A DNA stretch of 40,420 nt from Promethearchaeia archaeon (lineage in GTDB: Archaea > Asgardarchaeota > Lokiarchaeia > Sigyniarchaeales > SOKP01), in the NCBI GenBank assembly GCA_029856145.1, contig JAHQWK010000010.1, positions 1-40,420 on the forward strand. Reading direction: 5' to 3'. The notes beneath the pieces are model-generated. The model worked only from the letters and a program-made list of their open reading frames with translations. It ran no database searches and was not told the DNA's origin. A program made the translations under genes and the position numbers. Numbering within the stretch: the stretch's first letter is position 1; each line of letters begins with the position of its first letter. Below, one piece after another: positions 29,410-36,605 of this stretch.

Positions 29410-30759
29410 TTGAGAAATCTCAAACCTTTCTTTAATCCTAAGAGTATTTTAATAGTTGGCGTTTCAAGAAAAGCCTATACTTTCAGTTATACAATTCTTA
29501 AAAATCTTTTAGAGATTTTTTATCGAGGGAATGTATATATTTTAAATCCTAATGCTGATGAAATTCTAGGAATCCAATCATATCATTCTTTAGAGGAGCT
29601 GCCAGAGATACCTGAACTTGCAGTAATCGTTTTAGGAAAGAAAATTGCTGAGATATTTGAGAAATTAGCGAAATTTGGAGTCAAAAATATTGCTATTGAA
29701 TCAGAACTAAGAATTGAAACAGAAGATCCCATATTAATAGAAAATTTGAATAAAATAAGTGAAAAGTATAGTGTATCATATATGGGCCCATCAATGCTTG
29801 GGATTATTAATTTCAATAATAATTTTACTACTTCTATAATCCCTGTAAGACAATACCTTATGCAAAGACACAGAAAAATAAAAGAAGGCATAAGTTTTAT
29901 TGCTCAATCCGGTGGATTAGCTGGAGCGATGGGTTGGTGGGCACCATCTCAAGATTTACCGATTTCTAAGGTAATCCATCTAGGATACGGATTTGACATT
30001 AATGATGCAGATGTTTTGGAGTATTTTAAAGAGGATGAGACAACCAAAGTTATTTCAATGTTTTTAAGAGAAATTACAGATGAAATTATTAATGTTGTGA
30101 AAGAATTAGCTCCATTAAAACCAGTTTTATTCTTTTATGTAGGAAAAGATGATGATAGAGAAAAAAAGTTAATTGACGTCGGGGGAATCAGTGTGCTAAA
30201 CTATATTGAGCTTTTTGATCTAGCAAAAATATTTCTTTGGTGTCCAGAGCCAAAAGGTTCTAATTTAGGGATAATAGGACCAAGTTCTGGAGCAATATAT
30301 TTAATCGTTAAGGAGATGAGAAATCAAGGATTATCACTAGCTAAAGTAACTCAAGAACACAAAGAAATTATCCTTGATAAAGTAGGAGGCTCAACTTGTA
30401 AATTAGGAAATCCAGTAGATTATTGGCCACCTGAAAGGTTTGTCGGAACAAATATTTGTGAAATATACAATACTTCTTCAAAAACGTTATTAAAGGATGA
30501 TGCTGTGGATGGATTAATTTTAGCTTTAGAATTCTTTATAGAAATTGAATTTGATTTTATTATTTTTGATAAAATTAAGAAAGCTTTTCCTGATAAACCA
30601 ATAATTACAATATTAATTCAAGCAGAACACGAAGGGGCAAAAAGAGTGACTTCTCGAGCGACAACTCTAAAGATACCAGTCTTTGAAAATGAAGTAGAAC
30701 GTGCTGTCAGAGGATATAAATTACTTTATGATTGGTATTCAAAAATAAAAAAGAAATAG
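29410..30759 (+). CDS. acyl-CoA synthetase (NDP-forming) alpha-subunit homolog, apparently lacking the phospho-His loop
   Basis: 'FFNPKSILIVGVS', 'MGPSMLG', 'IAQSGG', 'GNPVD'; no SHTG motif. Confidence 0.82.
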   Translation: MRNLKPFFNPKSILIVGVSRKAYTFSYTILKNLLEIFYRGNVYILNPNADEILGIQSYHSLEELPEIPELAVIVLGKKIAEIFEKLAKFGVKNIAIESELRIETEDPILIENLNKISEKYSVSYMGPSMLGIINFNNNFTTSIIPVRQYLMQRHRKIKEGISFIAQSGGLAGAMGWWAPSQDLPISKVIHLGYGFDINDADVLEYFKEDETTKVISMFLREITDEIINVVKELAPLKPVLFFYVGKDDDREKKLIDVGGISVLNYIELFDLAKIFLWCPEPKGSNLGIIGPSSGAIYLIVKEMRNQGLSLAKVTQEHKEIILDKVGGSTCKLGNPVDYWPPERFVGTNICEIYNTSSKTLLKDDAVDGLILALEFFIEIEFDFIIFDKIKKAFPDKPIITILIQAEHEGAKRVTSRATTLKIPVFENEVERAVRGYKLLYDWYSKIKKK

Positions 30760-30763
30760 AAAA

Positions 30764-32023
30764 TTAACTTGTGAAAATATCTTTCAATTCATCGGGAATT
30801 TCTGCCGATTCATCCATTAATGAAAGAGCATAAACTTTATCACCGCATTTACACTTTTTCCCTTCAAATAGATAGAATTTGAATTGATTTTTCCAATTAC
30901 TAATTTGAACACTCTTTATTTCAGCAACTTCGCCACATACACAATAAATTGCCATATTTTCTGAATAATTAGGTATAATAGTTGCGAAATCATTTGGAGC
31001 TTTGCTAAATTCAGAGTTATTTAATATATCGTTAATTTTATCAGCAAATTTATCTCTAAGAGCTGGTTCAAAATAGTTGATAATTCCATCACGTCCTTTC
31101 ATGTTTGTAAGTACAATAAAGTTTTTCTCCATCTTTTCAGCTGGTCCTTTTCCAGGAATTATTGGTTGTTGGTATTGTTGAAGTTGCTGTGGTACTGGAA
31201 TAGGTTCTACACCAGAAGGATATTCAAAAGTATAAATGTATTGCATCGTTCCTTTTATGTTCTTTTGATTTATTAGGTTTAAGTTTTCATAATCCTGGCT
31301 GTGGAGAACAAACTTTATTAATTGAAGAGGAACTCTTAATTCTATAAGCCTTATTCTAATGTTTTCTAATAATTCACCGGCAAAGTTCTTCAATATCATA
31401 ATATCTTCTCTATAATCAGAGTAAATCTGGTTTTTATACTCATCTTTAAACGCAAACCATTTTTTAACAACACTACTTCTAATTAATTGAGGAGCCATGC
31501 AAAAGACACACAATATAGGAAGTACAAAATAGGTTAACTCTGGCCAAATAAATGATATTACAACTGGAATAAACATAGGTAGCATAAGAAGTAATGACAT
31601 TTTGCGTAAACGTTTTTCAACTGAAGTTTTTACCCCTTTACTAATAGCAAGTTCTTCCGCTTTTAATTTTAACTTGTTGATGATGTCTATAATCTCTTTT
31701 GATTCAAAACCTTGCTTCAAAAGTCTATCCTCTTCTCTTTCCCCTCCTAAAGTGTTTAAATGGGTTGATGTATCCTTTATATACTGATTTAGTGTATTAT
31801 CCTTAAAGATGAATTGTAACGTTTCTTCAGAGAAAAAGTCTAAAAAGCGAACAATAAAGAGTTTTTTCTCAATATCTTTAATATCTGCTTCATTCAAACC
31901 AAGAGCTTCTTGAATCATTTGACCTTGTGTTTTTCTAGGTTGCTTTCCTAACTTTTTCTTTTTTTTCTCTTCAGTCCCCGAACTTTCAGAGTTTACTCTT
32001 TCATCATTTTCAGTGTTCTTCAT
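30764..32023 (-). CDS. hypothetical membrane protein with C-terminal Cys pairs
   Basis: 419-aa ORF; central TM hairpin, Q/P-rich linker, 'CVCG' and 'CKCG'. Confidence 0.7.
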   Translation of the reverse strand: MKNTENDERVNSESSGTEEKKKKKLGKQPRKTQGQMIQEALGLNEADIKDIEKKLFIVRFLDFFSEETLQFIFKDNTLNQYIKDTSTHLNTLGGEREEDRLLKQGFESKEIIDIINKLKLKAEELAISKGVKTSVEKRLRKMSLLLMLPMFIPVVISFIWPELTYFVLPILCVFCMAPQLIRSSVVKKWFAFKDEYKNQIYSDYREDIMILKNFAGELLENIRIRLIELRVPLQLIKFVLHSQDYENLNLINQKNIKGTMQYIYTFEYPSGVEPIPVPQQLQQYQQPIIPGKGPAEKMEKNFIVLTNMKGRDGIINYFEPALRDKFADKINDILNNSEFSKAPNDFATIIPNYSENMAIYCVCGEVAEIKSVQISNWKNQFKFYLFEGKKCKCGDKVYALSLMDESAEIPDELKDIFTS

Positions 32024-32206
32024 AATGTATTCAAAAATTATTGTTTTAAAAGTTAAGCTATGTAATTTTTGACTGATAATTAACTTTTGGAAAATTCTTA
32101 CTTTAACTGTACATCTTAGAAATCAAAAGAAATCTGATGGGGGATAATAATCATCAAGATACAATGAGTAAATTAAATACTATTTTGATTATAAAAGTAA
32201 GATTAA

Positions 32207-32884
32207 TTAAAACTTATATTTGTAAATTGCATTTCGAATTTTCTTTGCAGCCATATTTGGGTTTTTTGCTCGAGTAATCGCTCCACCTACAATGATAATA
32301 TCTACTGGATAAGCTAATATGTTAGGAATATCAGAAACTCTAATTCCTCCTGCCACTGCTAATTTTGGATGGGCTCGTAGCCGTTCTACTAATTCTAATT
32401 CTAATAATGGTGCTCGTCGTGATGTTTGGCGATCTAAACCGCTATGGACTAAGGCATAATGTAATTTTGTATCTTCATATTTAAGGTCTATTAGACCTGC
32501 TAACCTAATAGCTGGTGATCTTGACATTATAAGGTCTGCCATAATTTCTACATGAAAATCATGTGAAGCACGTAAAGCTTCTTCAATAGTGACGTCGTAA
32601 GCATCGGCAAGTATTGTAACAATATCGGCTTTCGCTTGAGCAGCCATTCGCACTTCAAGATATCCTGCATCAGCAGTTTTTAAATCAGCACAAATTAACT
32701 TGTCAGGGTGAGCCTCCTTTAATATTTGAACGACTCTAATACCTTCGGATTTTATTAAAGGAGTTCCAGCTTCAATAATATCTACAAAAGGAGCTACTTT
32801 TTTTGCTAGTGCCAGAGCTTCATCTAAAATTTCAAAATCCAAGGCTACTTGTAGCATAGGCAGTTGTTGCTTCATTTTATGCAT
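32207..32884 (-). CDS. hxlA: 3-hexulose-6-phosphate synthase (OMPDC/HUMPS family)
   Basis: 'LQVALD', 'IEAGTPLIK', 'ADLKTADAG', 'AVAGGI', 'IVGGAIT'. Confidence 0.85.
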   Translation of the reverse strand: MHKMKQQLPMLQVALDFEILDEALALAKKVAPFVDIIEAGTPLIKSEGIRVVQILKEAHPDKLICADLKTADAGYLEVRMAAQAKADIVTILADAYDVTIEEALRASHDFHVEIMADLIMSRSPAIRLAGLIDLKYEDTKLHYALVHSGLDRQTSRRAPLLELELVERLRAHPKLAVAGGIRVSDIPNILAYPVDIIIVGGAITRAKNPNMAAKKIRNAIYKYKF

Positions 32885-33195
32885 TTTCTTTTTTTACATT
32901 AGTTCTTATTACTAAATTAAAATTTGAAAATTTAAAAATCTAATTTCATAGTTAGTATTCGCTGAATTTTATAATAGTAATATACAATAATTAATATTTG
33001 TAAAAAATAGAAGCTAAATAGAAAAAATTAATCTGATATTTCCAAATTAATGAAAATAACTAAAAATTGAAGTAAAATGTTATTCTGAAAAAGAAATGTG
33101 AATAAGGATTAATAAATTATAAAAACAATCCTTTTTAAGATCCTTTTGCTTATTTTTATTAAAGAATATCATAAAATAAAACAACGTGAAATATA

Positions 33196-33453
33196 GTGGA
33201 TAAAGATAAAGTTAAACAAGTTCTCGAAAAAATACGTCCGCAACTCCAAATGGATGGTGGAGATGTAGAACTCGTATCAATCGAAGATGATGGAACTGTA
33301 AAAGTGCGTCTGATGGGCCATTGTGCAGGTTGTAAATAGCTCTATCTCAGAGCTGTTAATCAAATGCACGCCCAGCAGACTATAAAATTCGGTATCGAAC
33401 GCGCAATTAAACAATTCGTGCCCGAGATTAAAGAAGTAGTGGCTGTTCCATAG
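33196..33453 (+). CDS. NifU/Nfu-type Fe-S cluster carrier, join(33196..33333,33364..33453), 75 aa after splicing
   Basis: Hand translation from GTG 33196: MDKDKVKQVLEKIRPQLQMDGGDVELVSIEDDGTVKVRLMGHCAGC | MHAQQTIKFGIERAIKQFVPEIKEVVAVP*. Matches the NifU-C consensus (IRP-L-x-x-DGGDVE...G-x-CxxC-x5-T-L-K-x-GIE). Absent from the ORF track because of the in-frame TAG at 33337-33339. Confidence 0.93.
33334..33363 (+). other. 30-nt bulge-helix-bulge (tRNA-type) intron in nfu mRNA
   Basis: Exon helix GUGCA(33323-27)/UGCAC(33365-69); central helix GGUU(33328-31)/AAUC(33358-61); bulges GUA(33332-34) and AAA(33362-64); intron stem AAUAGCUCU/AGAGCUGUU with AUCUC loop. Cuts after the 2nd nt of each bulge give an in-frame TGT|ATG junction. 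Confidence 0.88.
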
Positions 33454-33683
33454 TAAATCAATACAAATATTTCCTAATTTTTTTATTTTAATATATTTTA
33501 CATTCTCTTTCCTTAAATCTTCCGAATATACTATATCGTTCCGAAAAAACAAGTAATTTAAGTTATAACTTAACTCATAGATTTTGGGATAAAAACCTAA
33601 TCCATATTTCGTTATATTTCGATTAAATTTTTCACATACTTGATGCACTGTTGAAAAATAAAAAAAGAAAATTTTTTTTGCTC

Positions 33684-34508
33684 TTAGTTTTGAAATTGTT
33701 TTAAATAATTCTTCCTTCCTTCTTCGTACATTTCTAACATTTCTTCAGGAGTAAAGTTTGCAAGAGCTTGATCTGGAATACCTGACTGCCCTGCCATTAA
33801 GCTAACATTCTCTGCATTCTTGGCCAACCATTTCATAAAAATAAATGCCGGTAAATCTTGCTTTTTTGTGACTTCAAGATACTTAAAAAACTCAGCTTCA
33901 GCTTTATCGAGTTCTCCAATATCGAAATAACTCCAACCTAACTGGTTTCCTAAATTGGGTTGCCATCCATTTCGTTCAATTTCTAGACTTATTTTATTTA
34001 TATCTTGTTTCAGTTTTTCAGGATCCTTTTTATCCAATGGTTTAGGCTCTTGAATAGTTGGTGTTGATTCACCTTCGATAAATCCGAAATCTCTAGCTAC
34101 TGCGTATGAATGTCCATAAAATCTCGCATTTAATCTCATGATTGTTTCAACACCAAACTTTTTGATATCTGATAACTTTACTGTTCTTTTTAAAGGTTTT
34201 AATTGTCCTGTTTTATAGGATTTTTTCCACTGTTTTGGTTCTCCTGACCAAATCCAAGCTAGTTTCATTTTTTTAGGTGTGATATCATATACGATGTTAT
34301 AGTCTAATTTTCCATGTGATAATTTAAATTCCACATAGAATTCTCTATCAATATCTTTTTTCGTTTTATCAGGAAATACATGATTTATAAATGTATAATC
34401 TATATTCTTTGCTTGTTCTCCAAATCTAACTTCCCACATTTCTTTTGATTTCTTTAAATAATCTTCATTTAAGAAATAACTTACATAGCGTGTATTTTCA
34501 GAACTCAT
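33684..34508 (-). CDS. hypothetical protein with one TPR-like motif
   Basis: 274-aa ORF; 'NQLGWSYFDIGELDKAEAEFFKYLE'. Confidence 0.7.
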   Translation of the reverse strand: MSSENTRYVSYFLNEDYLKKSKEMWEVRFGEQAKNIDYTFINHVFPDKTKKDIDREFYVEFKLSHGKLDYNIVYDITPKKMKLAWIWSGEPKQWKKSYKTGQLKPLKRTVKLSDIKKFGVETIMRLNARFYGHSYAVARDFGFIEGESTPTIQEPKPLDKKDPEKLKQDINKISLEIERNGWQPNLGNQLGWSYFDIGELDKAEAEFFKYLEVTKKQDLPAFIFMKWLAKNAENVSLMAGQSGIPDQALANFTPEEMLEMYEEGRKNYLKQFQN

Positions 34509-34748
34509 CTTTTTTGGTTTTCTAATTTTTTTAAAAATTTATAATGTGATTTATTTTAGCTTTGATTTTAAATCTTTACATTATATAGAAATTAACCCTT
34601 TAATCTCTCCTTTTATAATTCCTCTTCTAGATATAACAGCAAAATTTTAAGAGTTGGATAAGATTTTATAAGAAAAGATAATAATGAATACAGAATTTCC
34701 TTCATATAATATATATTAAAGTTATCTATCATCATAATCAGATTTTAA

Positions 34749-35135
34749 ATGAACTCCAAAGAATTTATTGAAAAATTGAATGAAGCTCAGGAACTTCTGC
34801 AACAAGAAAATTACAAAGAAGCAATTGTTTTAATTGAACAAGTAAAAGAATTAGAAAAAAAAGGTAATTTCGATTATAATCTCACACATAGATTATACCA
34901 ATTCGATTCTAATTCTCGCTCACTATATAATCAACAAATAATTCTTAAAATTGTTAGAGAATTATCAATACAGTATAAGGTTATTAGTTTTCAAGAATTA
35001 AATCAAGTATTAAAAGCTAAAGAGGAGTTAAATCTTACCGATGATATACTAAGAAGAGAGATTGAACTTTTAATATTGAGGAATCAGTTACCTTGGAGAA
35101 TTAATAAAAATACTATTATTTTAAAATCCAGTTAA
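34749..35135 (+). CDS. small helical + winged-helix protein, PCI-domain-like
   Basis: N-terminal helical hairpin, then 'YKVISFQELNQVL...LRREIELLILRNQLPWRINKNTIIL'. Confidence 0.6.
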   Translation: MNSKEFIEKLNEAQELLQQENYKEAIVLIEQVKELEKKGNFDYNLTHRLYQFDSNSRSLYNQQIILKIVRELSIQYKVISFQELNQVLKAKEELNLTDDILRREIELLILRNQLPWRINKNTIILKSS

Positions 35136-35279
35136 AATAGGAAGTGTTTTAAGAATATATTAACATCCGTTTTTGAGCCCAAAATTAAGAAGATATAAAT
35201 TCATGAACTTTTTCTTTTTCAATATCTTAAGCAATTAATTATTTATTCGTTGAGTAAATACTTTTAGTATAAATTTAAA

Positions 35280-35552
35280 ATGATTCAAGAGAATGAGTTA
35301 ATTACTCTTATACTTTGCTTGGTAGCACTATTCTTTGCCATTAGTAATTATGTTAAATTAAAATCATTACCAGGTTTAAAGATTTTTATAACTTCTTTTA
35401 CTTTATTTACGATGGGTTGGTTTTTTACGGTTATTGAAGGAATTATTTTTGAAGAAGTATTTAATATTATTGAACATGTTTGTTATATTTGTAGTTCACT
35501 TACGATGTTCATTTGGGCTATAGTATTTTTCAAAAAGAGGGGTGAAAATTGA
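35280..35552 (+). CDS. small 3-TM membrane protein
   Basis: Three hydrophobic segments; 4-nt overlap with the kinase gene. Confidence 0.75.
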   Translation: MIQENELITLILCLVALFFAISNYVKLKSLPGLKIFITSFTLFTMGWFFTVIEGIIFEEVFNIIEHVCYICSSLTMFIWAIVFFKKRGEN

Positions 35553-36547
35553 ATTTAATAGGGGTTCTTGATTTCTTTGTTTTCAGTATAACACTTGCAT
35601 CATTTAGTGCTATCTTAATAGGATGGAGAAACCAATTTTCTATAACCACTAGATTATCATTGATAGCAGTACTTTTCATAACCTCCTTCTATTATTTAAG
35701 TAATTTCTTAGAATGGTCAGGGATTAGCGATATTTTTGTAATTGTTGAAGATTATATAGCGATCTTGGCACCATTAGCTTGGTTTTTCTTTATATATACC
35801 TTTTTACAGAAAAACAGCGAAAAAAACCTGCGAGAGAATCAAAAGAATGTAGAAGAAGCGTATAGATACACAGAATTCTATAAAGATTTATTTACTCATG
35901 ATATTAGAAATATCCTTCAGAATATTTTACTAGCTAATAATTATATTGAGCAATTCAACAATGACCAAGATAAATTAGAGAAATTACCTGAAATTTGTTC
36001 ATTAGTTAAAGAACAAATATTAAGAGGAGAAAATTTGATCTCAAACGTCACCAAACTCTCTGAGATAAGACAATCACCTGTTGCGATTCAAACTGTAGAT
36101 CTTAAAAATATTCTTGAGAAAACTGTTGAAAATATAAAGAAATTATATGATCACAGAAATTTTGTTGTACAAATTCCAGATAAAAAATTATTGGTAAAAG
36201 CAAATGATTTACTTGAGAATATCGTTGAAAATATTCTGGTTAATGCAGTTATGCATAATAATAATGAACCTATTGAAGTCTGGATAAAAGCATCAAAATA
36301 TAAACTCAATCAAACCAATTATATAAAAATTGAGTTTATCGATAACGGCATTGGTATTTCAGATGACAGAAAAAAAGAAATTTTTATTACACGTGAAGAA
36401 GAGGAACACAAATTTAGAACAGGTTTAGGTTTATCTCTCATTAAAAAGGTTGTAGAATATTATAATGGCAAAATCTGGATGGAAGATAGAATTAAAGGAG
36501 ACTACTCCAAGGGAAGTAATTTTATCTTACTGATTCCCGAAGGCTAA
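35549..36547 (+). CDS. membrane sensor histidine kinase
   Basis: 3 TM; H-box 'FTHDIRNILQ', N-box 'ENILVNAVMH', G1 'DNGIGI', G2 'TGLGL'. Confidence 0.92.
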   Translation: MNLIGVLDFFVFSITLASFSAILIGWRNQFSITTRLSLIAVLFITSFYYLSNFLEWSGISDIFVIVEDYIAILAPLAWFFFIYTFLQKNSEKNLRENQKNVEEAYRYTEFYKDLFTHDIRNILQNILLANNYIEQFNNDQDKLEKLPEICSLVKEQILRGENLISNVTKLSEIRQSPVAIQTVDLKNILEKTVENIKKLYDHRNFVVQIPDKKLLVKANDLLENIVENILVNAVMHNNNEPIEVWIKASKYKLNQTNYIKIEFIDNGIGISDDRKKEIFITREEEEHKFRTGLGLSLIKKVVEYYNGKIWMEDRIKGDYSKGSNFILLIPEG

Positions 36548-36605
36548 GATATTTTTCTTTACTAACTTGTAATTTGAGAAAAAAATCTTGGTTTTTTTAA
36601 ATCTA

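Noticed and set aside
32484-32498. AGGTCT-ATT-AGACCT hairpin inside hps near a short insertion
   Set aside because: The flanks do not form a BHB; probably chance.
33104-33147. AAGGATT/AATCCTT inverted repeat and ATCCTTTT direct repeat upstream of nfu
   Set aside because: Short and AT-rich; cannot be distinguished from chance without orthologs.
33337-33339. UAG in nfu read through as pyrrolysine or by recoding, with the hairpin as a recoding element
   Set aside because: Readthrough would leave a 10-aa insertion directly after the CxxC, breaking conserved spacing. The BHB cut sites explain the insert exactly. Selenocysteine uses UGA, not UAG.
33196-33453. nfu as a simple pseudogene
   Set aside because: Both exons are intact with all motifs, and the only lesion is a precisely excisable structured insert.
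33277-33648. 123-aa minus-strand ORF from the track
   Set aside because: It lies antisense to the nfu gene and has no recognisable motifs; likely a shadow ORF.
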